From positions 933,273 to 997,272 of the forward strand of contig NMRA01000051.1 in the NCBI GenBank assembly GCA_002633005.1: DNA of 64,000 nt. The letters are read 5' to 3'. The position numbers and the translations under genes are program-made. A model generated the notes under the pieces. It did no database searches. It had not been told where the DNA came from and worked only from the letters and a program-made list of their open reading frames with translations. Shown here in pieces: positions 1 to 13,000 of this stretch; positions within the stretch are counted from its first letter, which is position 1; each line of letters begins with the position of its first letter. The DNA is from Phoronis australis. Taxonomy: Eukaryota > Animalia > Phoronida.

Positions 1-27
1 CTTTCGAAAAATTGTAACTGCTTAGGT

Positions 28-88
28 AAGTGTGTGAGTGTGTGTGTGCGTGCGTGCGTGCGTGCGTGCGTGTGTGTGTGTGTTTGTG
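28..88. repeat. (GT)n/(GCGT)n microsatellite
   Basis: gtgtgtgcgtgcgtgc... seen directly. Confidence 0.95.
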
Positions 89-1704
89 TTATTACCGTTT
101 TCAATTGTTTCTATAACAATTCATTAGTGCAATGTTGCCCAGATGCCGTTTTTTGTTATTTCGATTTCTCAGAAGTAGGCCTATTGTTATCAGTAATTAC
201 CTATACCCGTGAAATAAAATTTCAAAAAATGAAAAGTTTACCTTGTAAAAGAACCCAATCCAGTACTTCGTGTTGCTGCCAATGTACAGTGTATTTGCCA
301 GTTTCCCTGCTCTTGGCGGACTGTCCCACTTTTTTATTTTTTCCGTTATTCCGCCACACCATCTACATGCCCCGCGTTTTGACACACGGCCATATTGGTG
401 TATTATCATATACTATTGAAATTTCCCACGCGACATAGCTATATTTTCCCGCTCAACAAAAAAGGAAAACGGAACCTTTCATGGGTTTATGCGGCACCCG
501 CAATTTCCCATTCAAGTATAAAAAATAACAACGAAAAAACACTGTCGGGCATTTTGGGTGTTACATCTCCCGTTCGTCAAAAAAACGCTGTCGGTAAGTC
601 TTTGTGTGTTGCAGTGAACATTTCACTCTTACATTTTTTCTTAGACCCATATGCCCCTCTTTTTATCCTGCAGTCTCGCTTTTCAATCCAGTTGTTCCGT
701 TTTTTCGTTCTTGAATGTTGACCGTGACAACTATGCAACAGGTTTTCAAAATAACGCTGTCTCTTTTTATGAATATGGTTATTTTCCAGAGTCCACTTTC
801 TTCGGCAACATAACAATCGTAAAAATGTGTTCCAATGTCTCTTGTTCAGGGTAACATGCACCTTATGTATCAGGATCACTAATTTTTACTTTCTGATGAA
901 AAGAGTTTATTTCTAAACTTTTATGAAAAGTGCTACACTGCAACCAATGTAATGAGCTATCCACAATACACATTAAAGCTGATCAGCGAGCAACTGATAA
1001 AATGTGCAGAGACGTTATCGGTTACTATGATCTGTGTATTATCGTTGGCCGCTGGGACGACAGTGTCTCCAGAATATTATGCTTGTAGATTACGGGCTTT
1101 AAGAACCTTTTCACGCCCGTGTTTTACGGCCGTAAGCGTTGTATATCCAATGAGAAGTCGGGAAGTAGATCATGTGATCATGATTAACGCGTGTAAAATA
1201 CGCTCGTGTATCATGCTCGTTAAAGTACGAACTTAAAACTACGTGCGCAAAAATAAGAGCGTAAAACGTCGTGTAAGCAAATGTAATCGATAATAATTAC
1301 AAGTCCACAGTGTTAGTGAAGTGTAAACAATCGCAGTGACCGTGACCGGACGGCGTTTTTTTTAATAAATGCACGTCTTTTTGTCTAAATATTAGCGGTA
1401 AACCAATCAAATGCTACACTTAACAGCGAATTATCGAATATAACAGACTCGTCAACAGGAGGGGTTGAAAGTTGTGTTCATATCATACCATTCCCGTGAA
1501 CACTCTGCTGTCCGCCAACTTGGTGATAGTTATAACTGTAGCTGCATGACTAGACACATTACGCTCCTAGTTATTCACGTGCGTTATGAACGGTCGTTAA
1601 TTACCCTCGTACAACCTAATACGGGCGTGACAGGAAAGTGCTTTTATACCCGATTACGCTAGACAACCATTTTCAGCCCAGAGGCCAACGATTGTGGCTA
1701 AGCT

Positions 1705-1770
1705 ATGTCTCCAAGACGGATTCGAACCCGTGTCCTCAGTGTTCGCAGTAGAGCTTAAATCCAATGTCGC
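1705..1770 (-). mobile_element. tRNA-derived SINE or tRNA pseudogene relic
   Basis: Minus strand has the B-box GGGTTCGAATCCG (1717-1729) preceded by an anticodon-arm-like ttggatttaagctc; no complete cloverleaf. Confidence 0.35.
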
Positions 1771-2444
1771 AAGTAGCTGAGAATTTTAAGTGTACTTTAA
1801 AAACTGATAAGGTCACCGTCTTCAACGCCGTTAATTCTACTGAATGATAGGAAACCAGCGTCGGATATCGGCGATTTCCAATAAAATCTTAAAAACACTA
1901 ACAATGGATTTTGTTCCGATCAAAGCTAATAACGCAAAGGCTTACGTCCTCTCCAACAGTAATCCTCAAAAATGTGTTTTCGGTCCTAAAACTCCCTGTC
2001 CCTAAAGGTAATGATCATTATATTATCGAAACCAACGTTTGCTTAAATTGTTTCTTCACTAGCCTCGCAATTGAGCGCGTGCGCCTAATAGTGGAGCTGC
2101 TCCGAGTGGAAAATCTCACGGAAAATCGCATTGTTCCGCATATACACTGTAGGAGCATGCGCTTATTTGCGGTGTTATGCGGTAGCACTTTTGTAATGCT
2201 TTTTAATTACAAAAATATCTGTTCAAGCAACTGGGAGACTTAACCTGTCCATCTTGTTGCGATATAAACGCAGCTTTACAATCGCGGGTCGTTCACCTTT
2301 CTACAACTGTGAAGAGTTTTATGATATTTTGCATCAATCAGTTTGATACAGCGAATATGTTTCGACGCAATTCTTCTATTCATCCCTGGTTACTGCGTTG
2401 TCGCAAACGAATACGACCTTGTCGTGTAGTAGACGATTTGTGAC

Positions 2445-2848
2445 CTGGGCCAGGGGTCAAGTGTTTTTACTCGAAATCAAACTCAAAATATTTTTGTCCT
2501 TTTCCTCTTCTACTTTTATTCGAACTCACGATACACTGTAGATGTTTGTTATTGTGTGCTCGTGTACTCGATGCCTCACGTGAATAACGGTCCAAACCTA
2601 TATTTTGCACTTCTTAACTCTAGCATCAAGGAAAAAGGTTCGAGTCTGAACTCGAAATTTCGAGTTTTACTGAGTTTGTTGCTCGAATCTAGGGGTCATC
2701 AAGTGCGAACTTGGACTAGAAAGAGATATGCTTAATCATGATGTTCTCGAACATAGAATAACAGACACCGCACAAAAGTAGAATAGAAAACGACGCCAAA
2801 AATAATTTCGAGTTCGATGTCGTAAAAAAGATTGGACCCCAGGCCCAG
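2445..2848. mobile_element. MITE family A, copy 1 (long imperfect inverted ends)
   Basis: ctgggccaggggtcaa... / ...ggaccccaggcccag with extended internal inverted similarity; related copy at 14040-14331. Confidence 0.7.
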
Positions 2849-3072
2849 ATCGCAAGCAGTACCTGCCCGACAGCTGCAATGTTCTCGACTCTGTCATGTT
2901 GCCACATTGATTACGAAGCATATGTATTAGTAACTGTAGGCGAACAACGACCAATAGATCATTTGCGAGTTGTTGTATAATCTCGCATTTGATCTTTAGC
3001 CCTGTACGTGGAATACCAGCATGATGTCTTACAAGCGTCAGGCGAATTCCGGCTGTGAAGTACCAGAGGAGC

Positions 3073-3214
3073 GTTCAGTAACGTGAGGACCTACGCTAGG
3101 GTCTACCTAAAATCTCACTAGCCAAAATCACGTATTTTTATTTAAAATACAAGGCAATATCTCACGTGATTTCGTGAAGTCTCGCTTTTTAACAAGGTCC
3201 TGGCGTTACTGAAC
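3073..3214. mobile_element. Small MITE family B, copy 1
   Basis: TIRs gttcagtaac..aggacc / ggtcct..gttactgaac; homologous copy at 53926-54063. Confidence 0.7.
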
Positions 3215-4303
3215 TCGGGTTGGTACCATATCGCTAAGGGAAGTGAGACAAAAATCCACTCGGATTCTTATCTCGCTAAAGGTGTATTAGAAATTTTTTC
3301 TGAAATCCACGTTCTTATGTCAACGTTGTGAAAACGTTTTAGAACCTCAGTCTTTTGACGTGTCACGTTTTACAGGTAATTTATATTCAATACTGATGCC
3401 ATTGGCGCATATCCTATGCACAAACTGTATCTGCTGACATGGTGACGTGGCGTTGCCTGTTTCTGCGCTTGCCATGTTTGTTCGCGCCTTTAAGACAAGC
3501 TTTAATGGAACTTTAAAGTTGCGTTTCGTAACTCAGGAAAATTAACGTAGAAGTGTGCAGAGAAAAAATACTCGAGTTCAAAAGGAAAGCATATCTTAGA
3601 CACGTAATTAGTGGATGAAAGACGAGCAGTCGATGTACGCCTACACTGTATATACAGTAGAGTTGGAGCAGACATGTGCTGTGGAACTGTGCCCTCAGGA
3701 TGCATGAATAGGTTTCCTGCACGCCGAGAGATCGGAGGTGCTGGTGGCTATTGCAATTGTTTAAAACCTAGATGGTATCGAAAGACCGAAGATAATTGAA
3801 CATAGTTCGAAGAATGCACGATCGGCTTCTGTAGATACTGTGTATGGTAGCGTCTGTCTCATGAAACTGTTAAAAGGGGATTTGTGAACTTTTTAAAAAA
3901 TGTAGTTTCTGCAAGGTTTAGATTGTACAGTGCTTGCTGTGGAAGACCTACGTAATGGATCAGTAGATTTAACAAATCTTCGAACTACATATAGCACTGA
4001 AAAGATCACGGATGACGAAACATTCTTAGTATAGGCCTATAGAATTTCCTGAAGAACAGACTTCTTAACCAATGACCGAGTCTTGTTTCAATGTTCCTTC
4101 ACCAATTGCAACCAACACTTCACTCAAATGCCATATATTGTAAATTTATTTGCAGTAGTTTTTTATTGTAACATCAGCTGTAACCGTGTTTATGTTTCCA
4201 TAGTTGCGGAAATAATGTAGATTGTGGACAAATTGGCAGTACTGGACTGCGATTTTTCAGAGTGTTTCAGGTTACGGTATGACACAGTTTTCTGATATTT
4301 CAG

Positions 4304-4397
4304 GAGCCTCCACCGACGCCTGCTCCAAGCAGTCGAAAGATGAGCACGAGAAGTGAGCAGAAATACCGTAGAAAGACACACCTTGCAGACATGAACG
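4304..4397 (+). CDS. PLCE1: First coding exon (ATG at 4340; MSTRSEQKYRRKTHLADMN)
   Basis: Acceptor ttttctgatatttcag|G at 4303; ATG in aagATGa context; donor AACG|gtagga in phase 1, matching the phase-1 acceptor at 14387 (G+AA=Glu). Confidence 0.6.
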
Positions 4398-7004
4398 GTA
4401 GGAGTCGATTTATTTGGTGAAAGAATGGACAATTTTGTAGACCCGTCCGTGCAAACTTCCATTTCGCCCTGTTTAGCTGGCTAAAAAACGATAATCGAAT
4501 TAGGCCTTTCATTCTCATGAGATCAGTCTAATAGCATTCCTCACCGTGGTGTGATTCTATTTCTGTTACCAAGAAGAACATAGACGCATGAGAGTCTCGT
4601 CGCGATAACGCTTCAGAGTTTGACGGTGTTGTCCAACCCTAAAATTGTGGATTCGAAACTAAGTCAGACGCTGCCTGTGACCGTAGTTGTTGGCAACAAT
4701 GAGCATGGCCCAATGTTTTTTGTTTCTAAAGCGCTTCGATTAAGAATTCAACATTGACAGCCTAAACAGCGGCGAAATGTAGATTTAAACTATGTTTGCC
4801 TATATGCTCTGATTCAGTCTGCATCTTAAGTCCCGTTTAAGTGCCGTTTACACTACAAAAGTTGACACGGATCAGCTGACACGGAACGAGAAGTTCCAGT
4901 GTGTAAACGGGACTGACACGGAGCAAACTGACACAGTGGTGACAACTTTTGCCACCCGTTTGTGAGGTGGGGCGATTTGCGCGAACATCTTGCTCCGTGT
5001 CAAGTTACAACTTTGCGCTAGACAACACAATTTCTACTAGACATTTCACCTGACCCGCTTTATTTTAAAGCGAACCTGGGCTCGATTTGTGGAGCAAGTT
5101 TCTTGCGAGAAAAGCGAGGTCACACAAGTAAGCTCCGAAATTGGTGCCGACTGAAATGTTCGGAAGGCGGGCAGTTGGGATGTTGAATTATGGGAGACAG
5201 CTGTAAGTGAAAAAGGCTCGCGAGTGTCTAGCGGTTACGGCACGCAACCCAATGTCATAACTTGCACTAACAATGCTCTGGCAGTCAAGGTAGAGGATAC
5301 GTTTTAAAGTTTATACGCAAACCATTCCCTTAGATGGATTTCAAAAGTCACTGGTTAATTCGGGGCTTTCTCACTGGAAAATTCATTTGTAGGGACATCT
5401 TTTGCCGCTAAACCCGGTGTACACTTTGCCGTTAGTGCCGAATTGGGGAAGAACGGTACTGAGTTTCGTAGACTGCAAAGCTGTGGCTTGCACTTGCGCG
5501 AAAAATCTTCGTTTATGAAACGACAACATACTGAGCTCAATGATCGCGCAAAATTTAACACTTCAAATTGACCGACCAATCACTTCAGTGGCCGCCATTT
5601 TGCTCAGGATAGATTAGAAATCCCCAAGCATCACTCGCGAAACACATGTGATTTTGCGAGGTCTTGGTGAGAGTTTGCTTTACGTGCGAAAACTGAACTA
5701 GGTCTGCGGAATGCTCTTCAGGATGAACTGAGTCATTCGGTACATATTTCTGGAACTATCACCTTCTCACCTAGTAAACGTTTATCCCACCATGCACACT
5801 CACTTCCCAATTTCAAATTGTCACTGGAAGTCTTTTGTTTTTATGTCGTATTATTCTCGCATTCTCAGGAATCGTGTCGCTTGAATATTTTGACCTCACA
5901 TCCATCGTTTCGAGGGCTGTTTGCATGGCTTCGTAGTAATCCAATCGGAGGTATAGTTTCAGGTGGGCAAACGATAGGCAATACATCGCCTGTCGTAGAT
6001 GTCGTGGGCATACAGGCGATGGCTCTGTAATGTGACTGCTCATCCGATTTACTCTTTGATGGGTAAAATAAATCATACACTAATTTAGTGTTTAAAACAA
6101 TATGCATGGAAGCAGTTACTTGTGAATAATAGATTGGATATAAATACACTGCCAAAAACTGCAATTAACTCCCTTTCGGTTTTTTTAACAGAAAATTTGA
6201 GACCCACTGGCCATAAGAACATTGCTGTCAACGGACGATTTTAATTTTCAGTCAATTTCATTCGCCGGGTAATAGAATTGAATTTAAATTAATTGCAAGA
6301 GTAAGTGATCAAACAATATCAAACAAGGACAAAGTCTGAACATTTTCAATGGGCTTTCTGGTTTTCAGTATGTTTTCACTCAAATGTTATGGCCAACTCC
6401 CGGCGTTAACCATCGGTAGACAAAATACAGAAGATTGCGGTCTGGCACACGACAGTCAGAGCACTGGGCCAGTTTCATTGAAAAAGTGACTTACATTAGG
6501 CGTATTCACTGAAGTTAAATTCTGGTTTGTATTTGAAACAAAATTCATTCTCGAGTAGGGTATCGTGACATGCACCTTGAAAGTTTTAATTGTTTTAAGT
6601 TTTAATGCATACTAATGATGTAGGTTTGCGCCGTGACTGTGTCATGCCTGAGTTCAAAGGTTATATCATGGGCCGCGTGTACTCTTGTTAGCAATATAGC
6701 ACAAGAGCTAACTATTCATACAACGCAAGTGAGGTAGTTGGGACTTATACATGATTTTTCTAGTCAATCTGAACCTTTAGCGACCTTGTTGTCTGCTGGC
6801 TGTCGAGACTATTCGAATTCATTAATTAGCAACCACGAAATCAATAGAATCCACTCAACCGACCAAGATGTAGAAAAATGGGAGAACTGAAATACACGCC
6901 GGGAGGCTATGGGATTTTATCTACCGAATGCGCGCGCATTTGAGCCCATACGCTTCTTTGTAAATCTGCAACTATATCCGGAATTAGACACATACGGTTA
7001 TATG

Positions 7005-7051
<47 letters not shown>

Positions 7052-10000
7052 TTGCGTGCGTGCTTGCGTGCGTGCAAGCGTGTATATGAGACACACCAGT
7101 AAGACCAAGAAGCAGATTTCTAGAATAGTATGTGAGTGAAACTTGACTTATCCGGTACATGATGGTAGACGTTGATAAGTATTTAATTTAACAATTAACT
7201 GAGTTATACAGACAACCGGAGTAAGAACTGCCCGCGCCTGCAAGTGAATCTTAAGCGCATAGGCAAAACACACTTAAATAAAAGCGCATGATTAACGATA
7301 TAGGCGATTGGGCCTAAATATGCACACTTAGTAATTGTCAGACATGCTAGTGGAAGTACAGTAGTTGAATCGTTCTGCATTCATAGAAGCAATATCTTTC
7401 CAATGTTTAATGTTTATTACAGTGGTGGACACAATTTATTCGGTTCAATCGCTGCTGCTGCTTGGCAACTGAACACCGAATTTTGTTACCTGGTATCGTT
7501 GACTATCTAACTAGCAGTCATAGATCCTAGTCAACTCCGGGCTTTCCTAATAAATTATAATTTAATTTTTGGTATGCGCACGTCGGGTTTGTCTTTAACG
7601 GTAATTGCCAGCACAAACGTGACATTTTTATTATTATCAAGTTCATTAAAATACGTTGCGTACAAAAATGCATCTTGTAATGTTCAGTTTGTGAAAACAA
7701 TAAAATATTCGTGCTTTAGAGTGTGATGTCACAAAGTGAATACCCTGCTGCAGAGTTGCAGAGTACGGGTATTACTAAGTAAACGTTTACTCTCCGTGAC
7801 CGGCAATTTTTCCTTTTTACAAACACTCCTTTTCTGGTGTGACGAATTCTGAATTGAAAATAATGTTGTGGTTGATTTTCAGGTATCAACGAGTATTCTT
7901 AATTTTGTCTCCCGGGAGTAGATGGCTCACGGAATAAAACAAAGATGCTCTATGTTCCGTCTGTTACATGTATTAATTGTGTTTGTTTTTGTTTGTTCAT
8001 AAGTAAGTTTAGGGGAGGCCAGCCCCCCTCTACCCTACGAATACGACCAAAAACAAAACGTCGTCGACACGTCGATTTTAGAGTCTACTGTTTGCTTTCA
8101 AAACCTATGGTTGGTGCCCCTTACGAAGTCCTAAATACGCCACATTTGTATTTATTTTTTTGCATTTCGGATAATGAAGACAAAAATTCTGTCGACCCTC
8201 GAGACTTTAATGGAACTCTTTCTTCCTGCCATTGGATCAATGTAAATCATGAAGTAGTAGACATAACAGTGCGAATAAATTAGACTTAGGTAACAGCAAC
8301 ATGCAACACTAACAATGTAGAGGAATTTAACCCCAATTATTGGCATTGGGTGTATGACCGCAAGCTACATTGTGTACTCATCCTTGATCTGATATGCGAT
8401 AGATATTATGAACTTTTTAGTGTACTGATTCATAACTACGAGTATTCCTACGCAGCCTTTCAAGGACGGGCCGTGCATACGTCGCTTTGATATAAATAAT
8501 CAAAACTATAATCCAGACTCGTTCTCTTCGGGCGCTTTTTACTGGGTGCAGTGCGACGCCCATCTTGCGAAATCACCTTTATACGCTGAGAACACCTACA
8601 GTTTAATATGGTACTCGAATATGAAGACCACAACGGAAGTGTTTGTGTGTCAGAATGGGCTTTAATGACCCCGCTATTTGTCACGTCGAAACCTCAGCTA
8701 AGTGTCTTTGCTCGAATTTACGACAGCAAATGTTCACAATACCATGAAAAACTTTCAAGACAATGTGGAATTACGTTACCATTTTCACAAAATTCACTGA
8801 TACGCCTAAAACAAACCAGTTACTGTAAGACCCAAATTGTGATTTCCCGTTTATTAAAGCACATATGCTTTTTATTTGATTATATCTTTTTGGTTATTTG
8901 GAACAGTGGTCTGGAAAAGAAATCCCTTATCTGAAATGTAGTAGGATCGGACATTATCGACATGTCCGTGTATTTAGCCAAGTGTCTACAGAATTATTGA
9001 TTTTACCTCCGAAAAAGTATGTTTTCTGAAAGTGGAAACGCTACAGAATTTAACTGTCGACTTTTTAGGAATATGTCATTAATTGGGTCACGTGACAATG
9101 TCTTTTTGGTAAAATTGATTGTTTCGAGGTTATCACAGCCTATTTAATAAACAAACATGTCGGTGTTGAAAGACCGTTGAAAAAAGTTTCATCTGTGCTA
9201 GTTTCTGTTACAATTCGTTTCATGACGGAGGTTAAACGGAACTGGCGTAGTCTCCTGGCTGAATTCATAACGTATCTAGGTGTCTGGGTAAGCCGCAAAT
9301 CTATTCCAAAACTCGAGTTTCATAGGCCAGTTTTTCCTCAGCTGTCGGATTTTTGTCTATTATTCACTAATAAATTGTTGTTAATACTTTCTTAAATCAA
9401 TAAAACTGCTGATCGATTCCACGAATAGGTCTTTTTTTTCTCGACTGCCGTCTTGTGGCCTATTCTTTATCACTCATAGAATATGTTGTTGATAATTTTT
9501 AAGTCAGTGTACAGTTGACTGATATGCATTTTTTCCAGTAGACTTAGGTGTCGCAAAATGGCACGGCTCAGCCACGGCAGCCGCAAGAGATCCAACCAAG
9601 ACGGTCCGGTTTCGTATCATTGCTGTTGGTTTCGTGTGTGTGTACCGTAGTCAGTGATGTGAACCTCATATTAAGTGTTTTAAGGTTGTAAATATCAATG
9701 AGTTCACAAACAAAGGGGTTGATTCATTTGCATTTCATATTTGAAAGTTATAAATTTCGCCCAGTTTAATTGGCTAAAAACGAAAATCTAATCCTTTTAG
9801 CTTAGGCCTTCTCTCGGTCTCACATATGCCTTATCGTCAAGATTGCAGTTGCGTCTTCCAACTCAAGTCACAGGTAATGCGTACAGTAGGGGAGACCGGG
9901 GCTAGTTCGACCCTTTTTTGAAAAAAGTGCAATATTGCGGAAACTACTTAAACTGGTTCATCCATGAGCGCTGTGCAAGAAGTGCGGTCTGTCAGCCAAT

Positions 10001-13000
10001 ACATGGTGCAAATTTAAGCGATGTAAGTGCACCTGTCTCGCAGCAATTTTTGTTTTAAAATGTCCACCTTCGGGGGCCCAACTTGCCCCAGGCCGGGGCA
10101 AGTTGGGCCCACCCACGGGGCAAGTTCGGCCTCCATTGCAGTACTCTTAAAATGAACAAAAACACACTTTTGCAAAATTCAATGTTGGTGTATACCTTTT
10201 TATTTGTCCCAAAGGACTGTAAGTTACACAACAGCTAGGGCTTGAATGTCAACTGTCTATTAAAAATACTTCGCAACTATCATAATCTTTCACCTACTAA
10301 ACTGATAATCGGATGCTACTTTTCTACTGAATGAGCTATTAAAAGTAAACAACATGAGAGTTTAAATGTATCTGTCTTAGTCCTCATCTGAGTTACAGCT
10401 GTGGCACACAAAGGATGACGCATCCCATCGTCAGCGCATTCCTTACGGGTCCACCCTTTACAATAAACGCAGAGGACCCATTTTTCTCTACTCCTGCTGT
10501 AAGAATATGGTTCTAAACAAACTAGGCAAAAACACTCCTGTTCAGACTCGCTGTCTGAAGATGGGGAGGGCAAATTTCTCTTCTTTTGTATCCGTTTTTG
10601 AAGTTGAGCGACAGTCTTAAGGCAGATTGCTAAATCTCTTGGCGTAATTTTGAAGTATCGTTCTGGGAACTCCGAACACTAAACGCGCCGTTGTTTTGTA
10701 GCATTGTAATGTTCCAGCGCTGCCCTTAGAGTATCTGATACTCTTGATTTAGTTTTTCTCTTGTAATGTCGATCCATGGTTATGGAAAAATTCTAAAAAC
10801 AAACAAACAAATGATAATTAAAACTTGACATTTTATTTGTTCAAGACCAGACGATACAGGCATATTCCCCGTAAAATGTAGATCACAAGCCAGAAGGCTT
10901 ACTTTTAACCCGTTCTGGCTTCGCATCAGACATAGAGTAAAACATTTTCACATTTTTAGTGCCCACAGTATTTACGTTTAAAATCATATTTTCTGTTCAC
11001 AAACCTACAAAATGACAATGCGCTACCAAAGGAACATATTTAAGATGAGTTTGTGCAATTTTATGATGAATACTACTCATTAAATTTCCTGAAGAAAAAA
11101 ATTATTGATGATATATCAAGTATAGTGAACGGGCGGCAAGTTCGGCCCCTGGCCAGATTAGCCCCGTGTCAAAGGGCCCAACTTGCCCCACTAGCTCTAA
11201 ATGGAAAACACACGTGATTACCTCATCAATCACTGAGGAATGTGAAGAAAGACATGACCTGAAGAACAAACTGTTGTTCAAGTGAAAACCCACGAACAAA
11301 ACATTTTACATCACTGATCACGGCTTATGGCCAGCTCTGAATCGAATGAAGCTTCAAAATTTACTCACCTGGGTTAAAAACCAATCGTTGCCTCTCAGTT
11401 CAAGAAAAACACTCCGCCTTCGACCAGCGTGGTTTTAGTGTAGTGGTACAAGTCACGTGATTGCTCAAACTCAGTGACTCAGGCTGAAAGAGCGCGTAGC
11501 TGAGTTTGGGGCGGTGGCCCAACTCAGTAGCCTCGGGGCCGAACTAGCGCCGGTCTCCCCTACATGCGCCGTTCATGAAATCCAAATAGGCCTATTGAGT
11601 TGGGGAGGCCTGAACCCCAATGAAACCTAGACTGCCGCGTTTTCTTTCGAGTCGCTCATCGGTCAGTTTCCACCTTTTTGTTGGTAACGAAAATAGAATC
11701 CTGCTATCACGGCCGGGACATTACGAGGCTGATTGTGAAAACAAAAGGCCTAATTCGTTTCTTTTTTGTTTTAGCCAGCTAAACAGAGTACGTGAAATGC
11801 ATCTTTATTCACTTGTGTAAGTTCAGTTCAGCGGCTCTTGCGATCGGCTTTTTACTGACTGCCAGAAACCCTCAGGCCTCATGCAGTTGAAGATCATCAA
11901 AGTTTCAAATATATCATACCTTTCCCAGTGTTCATGGGGAACAATGACCACTTACAGAATTACTCTAGTGCCGGCTCAATCGACCAGTTTCCCAACCGGC
12001 GTCCTGCGGCCGTCAGCACCGGCTGGTTTATACCAAAGTATCTTTGATTTGGATAGTACTTTGTTCGGTAATTTCCGTCAGTGTTCCGGTGTTTGTTGAT
12101 GACGTAAGCAATTATCAGCAATGGCGCGGTCTCCGAAAGTGTAGACGTAGGCCTATGTTAGGTGTCTTTATGGGGATGAGATTTTGATAATGAGCATCAC
12201 TTAGACGTTGAGTACTGCATTTGTTCTCGTATGAAGTTTTATCTAGCTCCGTCACTATTTTCTTTGAGTATCAAAGCCTTGCTGAATCTGCACCGACTGA
12301 AGGCGCAGTGCCAGCAATCACTATGCCACGGAAGTCTCATTTTGTTGGAATGTTGTAGGGGCACCGGCCCATCTTTAACCGGCCTATAACTCTACATAGG
12401 CTAGGCATATGCCATATAGCCAGGTTCGCTGACTCAAATTGTCCAAAGACGCGGGTAGTGGATGTAATTGATTGCTAAGAGTAAAGGATCAAATAACATC
12501 AAACAAGAGCGAAGTGAATGACTGGCCTCAGGCTCAGCTCTGGTTGGCGTGTTCGTAGCCAGCCAGCCAGCTGTTTGACTGTCGTCAAATTACAGTTGTA
12601 TATTTACCGTAATCGTTCGGGTTAACGCCCTGGGCGGTTAAATTGGCGAACCCAAAAAATCGGGGGAGGGCGGTTAACCGAGCAGTGGGCGGTTAAATCG
12701 GAAATCCACTTAAAGTCGGGGATGGGCGGTTAACTGAACATGGGCGTTAACCCGAACGATTACGGTAGTATACAGTTTGCATGGCTAGTGGGTTCGCTAA
12801 TCGAGGTCGCAGGTCGGTGCCTCCCTGAGACTGAGTATTTGGACAACTTAATTGATTTCTGTGGAGTTCTCAGGTTTTGGTTGGAAATATACTAAAGACA
12901 ATTAAGAAAGCATCAACATGGCCTTTTGCCACAGGTTGATCTTTTCAACTTATTCATCTTTTACTGCTCCCATGGTGATGATGATAGTGATGCTCAGTGC

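Noticed and set aside
34-438. 134-aa ORF starting with VCVRAC repeats (likewise 6909-7139)
   Set aside because: Driven by the (GT)/(GCGT) microsatellite; no coding signature.
1705-1770. Functional tRNA-Leu gene
   Set aside because: Only a B-box and a partial anticodon arm are present; acceptor and D stems cannot be formed.
4842-5010. Harbinger-like end (ccgtttacact, tgacacgga repeats)
   Set aside because: Only a partial structure; the partner TIR could not be defined.
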